Shown here: positions 1 through 12,452 of the stretch, one piece after another
Numbering within the stretch: position 1 is the first letter of the stretch
Layout: each line of letters starts with the position of its first letter
Source of the DNA: Pavona decussata
Lineage: Eukaryota
Length of the DNA stretch: 64,000 nucleotides
Assembly: GCA_977016875.1 (NCBI GenBank)
Contig: CDRNST010000282.1
Span: forward strand, 806,001 to 870,000
Direction of reading: 5' to 3'
Notes under the pieces: model-generated
What the model was told of the DNA's origin: nothing
Database searches by the model: none
What the model saw: only the letters and a program-made list of their open reading frames with translations
Translations under genes and position numbers: made by a program

Positions 1-256
1 CTCAGAAAACAGTGCAATAGTAACATAATGAAAATAATACCAACGTGTGGCTTTGTAAAGAGAAACAAGCAAAGGAATTTGGCGTCCACTTCCTTTTTAT
101 ATGAAAATAATTAATTTGTCATGCTTTATTTCACATTAATACATGTACAGCCAAAATCGTTATTGCCCCAGCAATTAAGATGGATTAATTACAATGATAC
201 TATTTACCGTCAGTCATTGCCAATAAAATAGTCATTTTCGTGGCCTTGTTTTCCAG

Positions 257-523
257 TTCTATCGCAAATAACTGTCTACCTGACAAATGGCAATGAGACG
301 GTCCTGGAAGGTGGTAATGTGTCTTTGTACTGTGATATATCTGGGTTTCCTAAACCAACCATTACCTGGTCAAAAGATGGTGAACCTATTGATGAACCTG
401 TTCAGAACAGTCGCTGGTTAAACTTCATTTACATCAAAAGAGACGTGGCTGGGAATTACAGTTGCCATGCAAACAACACGTGTGGAAAAAGAGACTCTGA
501 AGTAAAAAGAATTGATGTGCAGT
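257..523 (+). CDS. Gene A Ig exon (I-set/C2-like)
   Basis: ttccag|...|gtaag; [21 protein letters not shown]...[13 protein letters not shown]. Confidence 0.92.
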
Positions 524-3500
524 GTAAGGACTATTCTTGTTAACACACGTTTCCATATCTCAAACTGACTTTGGACACCTTGTGAGATTTAAATAAATTA
601 GTGTTGCAGAACTTCATTTAGTAGGCAGAGAACTGAGTGAAGAAAGTGCCATTTAAGCAAGGAACTCAACAGCGTTTTAGGTTTAAGCACAGGGTTAGCT
701 TCATTGATTGTGATGTCCATGTAAACCTTAACAGCTAGTCCTTGGTCGTCGGTGTAATGTAAGGATAGCAGAAATGAAGCAAAGGACTCAAATTCAAGGC
801 GCACACTATTCTGATCTTTTCCCTTCTTTTAATCTCTTTTACTAAGTTTTACTTTATACAATTTCAAGTGAAAGACAAAAGTCAGTTGGGCATATGGAAA
901 CGAATGTTAACCGACCATTTTTCTCTAACTTGTCTTTCTAATTAAAATGTATCAAGCTTTGCTAAAATAGTGAAACAAAATGTGCAGTCTTCAACGTGAA
1001 ACGACTTGCTGGTAAGTTTCCGTGAAGGGAAGAACTCATTGTACTTTCTTTCTTGATCAGGAAGTTTCTTATTAATGAGTACTGTAGTATACGCCAGCAA
1101 AAATTGTATTTTTTTAAGATTACTACAGTATGTTACTAGGTTTTTAAGAACATTCAATGAATCCTTTGATAGACTACTGTATTGGGGAATTTTTGTGGGA
1201 GCAGGGATGGCGCAGTGGTGAGAGCACTCACCTCCCACCAATGTGACCCGGGTTCGATTCCCGGTCTTGGCACCATATGTGGATTGAGTTTGTTGTTGGT
1301 TCTCGTCCCTGCTCCAAGGGTTTTTCTCTGGTTTTCCTCCGTCCACAAAAACCAACATTTCCAAATTCCAATTCGACCTGGAAAAAATGGAGAGAAGACC
1401 CACTCGGTGGATTCCACTGAAATTCTATTTATTTATTTATTTATTTATTTAGTTATTTATTTATTTATTTTTGACTTTGTTGTATTAATTTTATTTTCTG
1501 AGAAAATAAGTGTTTCATTAAAGAATCAGGTTGTTTTCTTAGTAAGTATTGCTTTGGAAGCAATGTCTAAATCTAAGCGGGGAGAAAAAGTGGGCTGCAG
1601 GTGTCTCAGAGGGTAGCTTTTCATAATCTAGATTTGAAACTAATAACCGTTCACACGAATGCACGTGTATGTAACTCATCCAAAAACTCGTGATATGCTG
1701 TTCATTTTGTTTTTCATAACATGCCTTCTTTCTGTGCAGATAAACCTGAAAATGTTGCTTTAAATGTGAACATCTCAAATACCAAAGCGTGTGCAGACGT
1801 TGTAGTAAGTTTCACGTGTACAGCTAAAGCTGCCAACCCAGAACCAGATAATTATACTCTGTATGAAAATGGCCACGGTGTGGTTCAGAATATGCAAAGT
1901 CCAGGAGTGTGGATAAGACGATTGAACACTGTTGGTGAAGTAACCTACAGATGCGAGGCTAGGAATTCCATAGGAAAAGATAGCAGCAACAATACCACTT
2001 TCACTGTGGAAGGTGAGTTTCACTGCAAGTGTGATGGCTTTGCATGTTTATATTCATTTGCAACGTCAATGTAAGCTGATACAAACGCAGCTTGAGTGTT
2101 CAAAGAAGGGCACATTGTTTACTTAACATCAATTTTGCCATGTCTTCAGAGAAGCACATATTTGTAAGACGAGATTGAGTCTTTTACAGCATGTCTTATC
2201 TTAAAATGAGCTTTTAGATACATCCAGTGCCTGTTTAAATCAAGTCGTCCGATCGTGCTTTGTTTCAATACATACCCATTCTGTTAATGCCCTGACCAAC
2301 TGTAGAATGTGTAACGTTTGTCATTGCAAATAAAATGATTATTTTCTTGACCTTGTTTTTCCAGTTCCAGTAAACATAACAGTTGATCTGGTACACGGCA
2401 ACGAAACCCTCGTAGAAGGTGGTGATTTGTCTTTGTACTGCAGTGCACCTGGTTTTCCTGGAGTATCTGTAGCATGGTCAAAAGTTGGTGGCAAAACACC
2501 TGATGCGCGAGGTTCCTGGTTAAACTTCACTCGCATCACGAGAGTTGAAGCTGGTGATTACATTTGCCATGGAAACAACACCTGTGGTCGAACGAGCTCG
2601 TCAGTGAGAAGCACTGATGTCCAGTGTAGGGGAATTTCTTCTTTTTTTAATTAAAATTTAAGCTTTGCTAAAAGCATGTTAACACAATATAGATTGGAAC
2701 TGAGGTTTAATAGGATAAGTTCGTTTAACAGGGATTATTTGTCGCTGTTTTATGGAGATTTTTTTCCCTTAATCAACAGCTTTGAAATGTTATGCATCTG
2801 TAGCATACATGTACGACGTTCTTTAGCAAAATACACTCGTTATGTAGTAATTTTAACATTTATGGCACCCATTGTTTTACGTAGGTCATTTACCATGATG
2901 TCAGAAGATGGCAAATTCAAATTTTTTTGTGCACATGCAGTGTAGTCAACATCGGCCCCATACATAATTTTTATAGTTAAAAGCAAAAACAGCGGAAGGG
3001 ATGGATACAGCGTTAATTTTCAAATGCCAAAAAAAACTTTTATTCTGTCTATTAATTTCTCCATATTGTGCTTTCTTTTTTGAAGATGAACCTGAAAATG
3101 TTTCTTTAAATGTGAACATCATCGTCTCAAACAACCAAGTGTGTGCAGATGTTGTGGTGAATTTCACATGTACAGCTGAATCTGCCAACCCACCACCACA
3201 CACTTATACTCTGTTTGAAAATGGAAGCCCTGTGGTTCAGAATATGACAAGTCCAGGAGGGATAAGACGATTGACCACTACTGGCGAAGTAACCTACAGA
3301 TGCGAGGCTAGGAATTCCTTGGGATATGATAGTAGCAGCAATACTACTTTCAATGTCGGAGGTCAGCTTCACAACGAACGTTTCTCTGATTACTTCTCAA
3401 ATTCACCGTTACACTTGTTGCATGGAAGCTGGTGCTTACATGTATCTTGGGTCTCCAGAGAAGGGCATAGTTGACGTCTGAAATGTCTAGATCCCTCAAT

Positions 3501-6500
3501 CATCCTTAATGGGAGGCCTAAGTCCATTAAAAGGTTACCATAAACCGCTTTCCAGTTGTGTTCTGTTAGGTTTTTTATTCAATAGTTTTCTGGTTCCACA
3601 TATTACTTTTCCCCCTAGAGAAAAGAGGCATGTCGCAGGGGCTCAAGCTGTGCAGCCAACATTTAGCGAGGGAATACAGACAACTGTCATGTCTCCCAGC
3701 TTTTTAGGCGTTTTTTCTAGAGTATGTCTGTCATGTGTCTTTTTGGTAATAGCGTTAAGGGTGTGGAGTTGATTCCAAAACTCAATGGTGACTTTTAAAC
3801 TCAAAGTCAGTGTATCCATTTCATTTACTTTGCATTGTTTCGGGCGCTGTAAAGAAATTCCTGTTCTCATTCAGGAAATGTCAGGAGACAAACAGAAAGT
3901 GTTCATGCTGATCTGAGACCCTAACAATCCGCTTGGTCTTTAAGATGCATATAAAATTACTAAATCGTGCTTGGTCTAGCTTAGTGAATGGAAAAAAAAG
4001 GCTACCTTATTATAGGAAATTAACAATGCACTTTATTAACGCGATTTTACAAAATTCGCGTTAATTTAATGTATCTGAATTAATGTTGATGAAAATTTAA
4101 TGCACGCTATTTTACAACATTGTTATTTTAAAGCACCGTTTTTTTCATTACAAAACCTTACTAGTTCATGACTCCTCTATTGGCTCTTCAGAGTCACTAT
4201 CTTTTGAATTGATAGGGTCTAGTGAGGCTGCAAAACCAAATTTTCGGCTTTGACAAAACTTAGAAATATCCCTGCACTTGTCGTTTCGCAGTAAATAAAG
4301 CAAGATGCTTATCGAAAAGTTCGCGTTAATTTTAATGCATGTAAACCAAAGTTTAGAAAAATTCGCGTTAATTTAGGGTAACGTATATTTTCTTCGCCTT
4401 GTCAACGTGCATTGTTAATTTGCTATAACAAGGTAATTAAAAGTTTGTTGTGGAGCGTTTTCAGTGTCCTTGATGGCTCAGTTTGCCGACTGTGTCAATG
4501 CTGTCATCTAGTGTCTGTTGCTTCTTACAAAGATTTTGGCAGGCACGCAAGCAAAATGTAAAAATTCATTTTAAGCAACTGAACTGATGTAATTTGCGAT
4601 AGTGGAGAATCTGCTCGAACAAGCATCACCAAGTGGTCCTTAGTCCCACTCTGCCTCTCCCATTAATTCACCATAGAGAGAAGTGTCTGGTAATCCATAC
4701 AGATGGCAGACACTACCTTGCACTTATGTTTAAGACAGCTGGGAGCATGATGTCTTGAAAGTGTAAACGACTGTTATTCTAATGAGGGCCTCAATTAATT
4801 GTCCCTGTTGTGTTTCAAAGTTCCTGCAGTGACAATTGAGAACGACGCGATTGTCGTTAAGGAGGGAAGCAACGTGACGCTCTTTTGCAAATTCTCTGGT
4901 TTTCCATCTCCAAGTGTTTCCTGGGTTAGTAACAAAAGTGAGCTGATGAAAGTAGGTGACATATGGCGGATACCGAACATCAGAAAAAATTACACCGGAG
5001 AGTACAACTGCTCAGCAAGCAACGCGTGTGGCAACGACAGCAAAAGAACAGTTATTGATGTGCAATGTGAGTCACTGTTCATCCATTAAAATACATTGTA
5101 AAAATAGTGAGGTACAAATTGTAAAATGTGACGCTATTGTAATTAGTCATTTTTTGTTTAGCCTAAACATTGTGATAAAAAACCCAATAAACTAAAGTTA
5201 TGAAATAAACAACCCTAGAGTTGTGTACTTAACAGTTCAATAATCAAACTGCGATTCTTTTGTCTTTGGAGTTTATTATTTTTTGTCGTGATTACTTGAA
5301 ACACGCAGCCGTAGCATCCATTGAACAAAGCTCCTATTTGGTTTCTTTGCTTTTCTTTCCTTTGTTTACTTTTGGTAAGATTTTTGTTTATTTCAGTGGG
5401 GCTTACATGTTTGTGATGCACAGTAGTGGGTCTATCTATAACAAGATAGTTATGCAGTTAATGTATTCTAGCAAGGTGAAATCAATTTACTTTTAAAAAT
5501 ATTTTGTAATGCACACCTCGGAGCTCCGTTCAGTTACGGTCTATGTATGTAACATGGTTGCCATAGCGTTGTTTGTCTAAGCGTTTTTTTGTCAATGCAT
5601 TGTGACACTTAAAATAATTGCTCTTTACAGAGCTATTTTTGACCGCCTTTCTATTTGAATCCATGTTCATTTGACCAAGCACTTTTGAGAATACGCCATT
5701 GGAGGTTACTTGTAAATCCTTAGTAATCTTTAGGGAAATAAGTTGTTGGCATCTTTGTTTTCAGGGCTAAGATATCGTGGAGTATTTTTCTTGCATAAAG
5801 ATCAAACTCAGAGATAATGGATAACTTCTTAAAATAATTCAGACATCTGTTTTTACGATATGGTAATGGTCATAATGCCTGGCTTATTGAGATAAATGTG
5901 GTGGTCCATTTGGATTGTCATCCCAAAGAAGTCTATTCAAATAAGCATAGATTGCACCATCATTATCATCATCAGCGTTATCATAGGAATAACAAAAAAT
6001 GCAAGCAATAATCATGATAATTAACAAATGAATTTAACGTAATATTACATTTTTCTCACACCAAACAAACAAAAGGGACAAAAAACAACGACGATAGAAA
6101 CTGCAACACTACCGCTGCTATTACTTAATCACTACCATGACTAACTGATTCAAACCTAGGGTGAACTCCCCATTTATGTGTAATTAGGCCTACGCTCTAA
6201 CGATTCATATTTTGTCACTGGTTCTTTTCAGATCCTGCATTGGCCACACGTAGTGGTCGGAATTTCACTGTGTCCCTTGAAAGCTCTGCCTCTTTTGACT
6301 GCACTGTTGATGGAAACCCTGAACCTAACATTACATGGTACAAAGGAAGTACTGCTGGCGGAACTGTACTCTCCCTTGAGAAAGCCTTTATTTTTCTGCA
6401 GACCAAGTTAGATAACACGGGCTGTTATACCTGTTTTGCAAGTAACTTTTTGGGAACAGACACTATCACCGATTGCCTTAAAGTCGGTGAGTCATTTACA

Positions 6501-9500
6501 GTCCTGTGGAAGTAAATTTTCTTACAATTTACAGTTAACGTTAAATTTAGATGTTCTTTGATTTAGGATTTAGATGTCCGTTGTTTTCGGTTGCCCCCTT
6601 ATTAGCTATCATTTGATAGAAATCTCGAGCTCATAGTCTGATCGACATTGTTACAAATACATCGTGACTAATGTTTTCTAGTAATCATATAGCTTGTAGC
6701 TGCTAGATATTTGTATGTGTTTCCTTGTGCCGTTTGGGTTCAAACAAGATGCCTGGCATAAAGGATTTCTTTCACCCCCACTTGTTATTTACCACTAAGA
6801 GGGCATGCGTCTTTTGTACCACAGTTGCTGGTGGATCTGACTTTCTTTTAACTATGCTGCCGTTGAATGAAATCGAAACCTGTATTTTATTTTGCTGTGA
6901 TGATATGTTGGTTGAGAAGAGATTTTAAAGCATGTCACGACCAAAAAGACATCTAAATTTGCAGTTAGCTCGCCAAAACTGTGCAACTCATTGTTTTTAA
7001 ACATAACCGTTTTTTGCAAGGGTAGCTGACTAGCATCAATAATTATAGAAAAAAAAAACTGAAAAATAACAAGTAGTGTCCTGAGTATCTTACTCATTAC
7101 TGTCTCACTTTTTGTAGAACTGCCGCCCACACCTAGCACTGGCAAATCATCGGAACCTACTTCAAAAGGTAACCCTTTGCTAGAAATAATCTGTAACGTG
7201 ATCCAGTAAAGAAAAAGCCTCATTTACCCATTGATGTGCTTATCTACAGTCGAGGAAAAGTTTGACATTTGACCATGCTGTCAGTGTTAGAGTGCATTTT
7301 ACCGTTGTGGAGAGAAATAATTATTATAACAGTTTGTTAGTTTTGTAATCAGTTGCATCTGATTGTGAAAAATGGAACCAAAACGTGACTTAAGGACGGT
7401 GGCTGCTAATGCAAAGGTATTTTTGCTCAGTTTATGACTATGCGAGAAAAGAAGATCTTAGCAAAGGCTATTGAAATCTAACAATAAAATTGTGAGTTAT
7501 CACACATTTTTCAGAAATATTAAGCAACAATAATTAAAAAAGCTTTAAGAAACATAACAATGTATGGCATTTTCTCAGAATTGAATCTTGATTTTCTCTG
7601 AAAAATGCGTGGTTAGCCTCAATTCTTTTGGATTTCGATAACCCTAGCTAAGATCATTCTTTCTGCATAGTCATGAACTGCGCATCAATACATTTGAATT
7701 AATTTTCTCGGCCTGCAGCTTCCGGAGATGCACAGAACGTATGCGCAGTAGCAAACGGAAGCACCGTTCTTAAAACCTCCACTCTCAGAACAAATTGGCG
7801 TTAATTTGTTGCAAATTGTGCCTAAATTCCAATCCTTATTTTAAAAAGTAGAGATAGCGTTGAAGTGTTCTAAAAATTGGACTTAATCATAGCATATTGT
7901 CGCTTTTAAACTTTCTCCGCGCTGCCATTTTGGATTCCATGACGTCATATCGTTGCCCAATTATTCTGCACAAAAGAGCATCTGCTTCCTGTCAACCGTA
8001 GGGCGCCATAAAATCCAAAATGGTGACGAGTGGGAAATTGAAACGCAAAAATGGGCGATAGTCATTCGATTACTAAAATGCGATGGCCACGTTTTCAATT
8101 TTTTTTCAAACGTAGACACTATTTCCAAAGTTGAAAAGTTTAAGTTTGCGTTAACTGAAGTCTTTTCAAACTAAAGTCTCTCGTTTTGTGTTGTGCAGTT
8201 TTTAGTGAAAAAGATTCCCTTGGCACACACAAGTGGAGAGTTTTTCGCCAATCATGGGGCTCAATTCTGTGACCACTGTAACACCTGGATAGTTTGAATT
8301 ACCCAACATTTATGCTTAAACTTTTGTTTTTCCATTAGCTTCTGATAGCTCTCTTAGGGTCACGCTTAAAGTCACAAATTACAATTGTGGAAATTTACCA
8401 AGGGGAAAACTTATTCAAACGGTATGAATGTATTTAACTTCTTTTCTAAAGGTTGCTATAAGCAGTTGCAAAAAGGTTAAGACGCTTTTTTTTCTTCTTT
8501 TTCTTCTTCTTTTTTTTTTTTTTTTTTATTCAAAATTGTCATTCTGAATAAGAAATACACTTTTAAACGAAAGTGATAAGATTTTAACCAGCTCTGGTCC
8601 CCCGGCTCCCTTAAAGTGTTAATACCTGTTACTTTAAACATGAAATTCGAAATTGGAAAAACATTGATTAGAAGAAGGGGGTAGGGGGAGGGGGCGGCCT
8701 GACTTGATTGATGAATAATTCAATTCAATCCACTTCAATTTTATTCACACTTATTCGAATGGAATACAATATATTTTATAGTAAAAAAAAATTGTCCAAT
8801 TGAATATTGGACAAGTTCTATCTCCGATATGTAGTAAACCGAACAAGCTTGGTCAATGACGCTGCTCATGTGGCCCGTCGGATTGCATAATTCAATTATC
8901 TGGACTGCTTACTTGGTAGAATAGTAATAAAGGCTCTTACTTCCTTGATTTTACTTCCTTTAGGCTCAGGACATTGTTGAAGCTCAAGATTGTAAATTAG
9001 AAAGGTACTACCACCAGCAAATTTTGCGTATTTTTAACAAATGTAAACATTGGAATATTTGCAATCAAATTGCGCCAAATGTTTATCTGGTTTGACAAGG
9101 GGCTAGATTCTAAAGAAACTGTGGTTCTTCGCCGGTGGGTATCAACTCAGTTTATCAGTAGAGTTAGTAAGGTAATTTAATCGCCGTGACGAGATTCTAA
9201 TGCTGACGTTTTGAGCGTTAGCCCTTCGTCATACATGTAGTTTGGTTTAGTGCGTGATTCCCGCGTTACCAACACACACCATAGTTAGGGTGCTGTTGCA
9301 AGAACCAATCTTTTGTGCAACTCGCAAGGCATCGCCGTTGCGAAGCAAGTTGCAGACAAAAGTAAACTTGTAACACCTCCGCCTCGCTACTCAGTTTTCT
9401 CGCAACGTTGCGAGATGAGTTCCAACGTAACATGTCCTCTGCAACTTGCAGCGCATTGCTCTCGTAAACATTGCGTTGCACAAAAAATTGCCTTGTGAAA

Positions 9501-12416
9501 CAGCGCCTTAAGGATGACTCTTTACCGGACTTTCGGTCAGAAGATCGAAGGGTTGATGGTTCCAGGTTACTTGGAACCATCTACTGTTGTCTCGTTAGAG
9601 AGAAACTTTCCTCTACGTCCTGTTGGAATACTGTTGAGGGTAACCCCACGGTAGACTAGCATCCCATCCAGGGGGAGTAGCAATACCCTTAGTTGGTTCA
9701 TGCTACAGAAACCGGATTCCACTAAGGCTTGAAGTGCAACTTTGTCTTATTAGGCACTTTAAGCAACCTCGACGGCTACGCCTACCAAAACGTCACTCGA
9801 AAGTATAAGTCTACTCTTCTTGAACCACTTCGCGATTATCCCAATTCATTCAACTTGCACAACGCGGCTGAACTATCCAGGTACAGAATTGGTAGGAGCC
9901 GCATTCTAGTTTAGACAGAGTATGTGCTCACATTCTCGACAAAACCTTGGAATTTGGTCATTTCAAGTTGTTTTACCGAGGATGGCGAGGAAATATACCA
10001 AAATTTAAAACACACGTGCATGGTCGTTGTTTTTCTCGTATTAGGCTGATTTAGCAACAGAATGGGAACGTCATTTGAGGACGCAAAAGCGCGCGGAATA
10101 GTCTGGATGCGAGTCTATTTCGACTATCTTATGGGTATTCTTGATGCGTGCAACTACAACGCCGCAAAACTAAAGCTGTAATGACGAAAACAATCACTCT
10201 GCACGTGCATGTTAACTTTTGGTACACTTCTTTGCTGTCCGCTGTAAAACAACAACGTGAAATGACCAAATTCTAGGTTTTGTGATGAACTCGAACACAC
10301 GACAGTGAATTTTCAATTCTCTTTCTTTAGTTGAGTTGGACCACACAACTACCAATTTGGTTGGTTTTATTTGGTAGTTCACTATTTCTGTAGAAGTTGA
10401 ACTAGTTGAAGTAATCTCGAAGTAGCACAAATATAAAGTAAAGTTATATTTTCAAGTTACCTTTTCGTTGGCGTTGCAGCCGTCGAGGCTTAAGTTCCGT
10501 AGTAATACACACCCCTTCTCCAGAGAATGTGAAATTATGAAGCCGCTAAACTTCTGCGCAATATCGACAGCCATTGGTGTAAAACATTAGCTTGTAATAG
10601 GTATTTCTAATAGGTATCTTGTGACAATTAACTGGTCCATTAGTACAATGCAGCAATTTAGCAGTCTGTTTCTAATTTTAGGTGCAAACCAGGCAGTGCG
10701 ATCATTGATCTCGTTTTGCGATTCAATCGAAGTGTAAGTGAAAGCAAGGTAATATCTGCTCTGAAGACTGCTGCGCAACAAGACAAATTTGGCATCTTTA
10801 AAGTGGACCCCGAATCCACTAAGATCACCGAGCCTGAACCTACAACCAGAGGTACAGTAACACTGCTGTTTGTTTCTCTTTGGATAAGGAAAATGGCTTC
10901 ACTCCCAAAAGCGCCTGCAATTAAAAAATCTTAGTGCAAAGTGAGTTTCGCAGGATACCGAAAAACAAAATGTATCTGTTTTGTTGGCTCAGCTATGTTA
11001 GGGCAATCTTGTTTGCTGCTTTGTTTGGGGTGACTTTAACTGACGTTTCGACAACCTGAGCGGAAGTCATCTTCAGAGTCAAGTGAACTGTGGAACGTCA
11101 GTAGATGGTATATATGTCTCTGGTTGTTAACGTGACAGGTCAATGAAGTCAAGATGTTATTGTTCATTTGTCACTAAGCCGTGATGTTATTGGCTATGAA
11201 GACTGTAAAAAGTGATTGGTACGTTTCGATCTGTCTTTTGTTAGTCAAAAGTCCATGTGTCCTTTTTTAGTAAACTGTCTATTGTTGGTCTGTTTCGTTG
11301 ATGTTGTCAATGAGTCGTTTGTATGGTGCAGGTAGTTGTAGGCAACGGTTGAGTGGTGTTTGTTCTAAGTTAGTAAACCAGCTGTCCAGAATGAGTCGTT
11401 GATAGTAATTTGTACTGTAGGTAATGCACTTGGCAGAGTCCCAGTCGATTCTGTGGTTCGTTTGTAAATGGTGCTCAGCAATGTGATTGTTGATATCACC
11501 ATTTCTAGTTGCTCGTTTGTGTTCAGTCAGTCGTACGTTTAAATTTCTGCAGGTCTTCACCAATATAAGTGGCCTGGCAGTCACAGCATTTGATCTTGTA
11601 AACTGCTCTCTGTCTGCGGTTCGTTTCGTCTTTCTCCTGTACGTTCGTCAGCAGTTGTCGTGAAGTGGTAATTAATTAATTAATTAATTAATTAATTAAT
11701 TGAACCAAAACCTGTATTTTTTTTTTTTTTTGCTATGATGATAGTTTGGTTGAAAAGAGATTTCAAGCATGCCACGGCTAAAAAGACATCTAAATTTGCA
11801 GTTAGCATGCCAAACTTGTGCTACTCAATGTTTTTAAACTTAACCGTTTTTATCAAGGGTAGCAGACTAGCATCAATGATCATAGAAAAAAAAATTGAAA
11901 AAATAATAAGTAGTGTCCAAAGTATCTTATTGTTTATTGTCTCACTTTTCATAGAACTGCTGCCCACACCTAGCACTGGCGAATCATCGGAACCTACTTC
12001 AAAAGGTAACCATTTGCTAGAAGTAATCTGTAACGTGATCCAATAAANNNNNNNNNNNNNNNNNNNNNNNNNNNNNNNNNNNNNNNNNNNNNNNNNNNNN
12101 NNNNNNNNNNNNNNNNNNNNNNNNNNNNNNNNNNNNNNNNNNNNNNNNNNNNNNNNNNNNNNNNNNNNNNNNNNNNNNNNGTTTTATTCCTTTTTTTAAG
12201 ATTTTTAACTTTGTGTATATGATTGATTTTTTTAATAAGAATAGCATAGTAACTTTATCAGAAAAAAAAAGAAACGGCTTGAAAGTTCTCTTTTTTATCG
12301 AAATAAATTGTAAATAGTTTTTTAATAGTTCTTATTTCTACTTTTAACTTGTGAATAGCAATTTGTCTGAAATATGGTAATAAAGAGTTCTCATTATTTA
12401 AAAAATTATTATTATA

Positions 12417-12452
<36 letters not shown>

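Larger units (their letters stand above)
1..7985 (+). repeat. Inverted segmental homology to gene B ectodomain region (~45225-58218)
   Basis: Exons and introns match in reverse complement: 1-~2810 vs ~58218-55515 and ~53306-50630; ~6120-7985 vs ~48691-45225. Confidence 0.92.
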
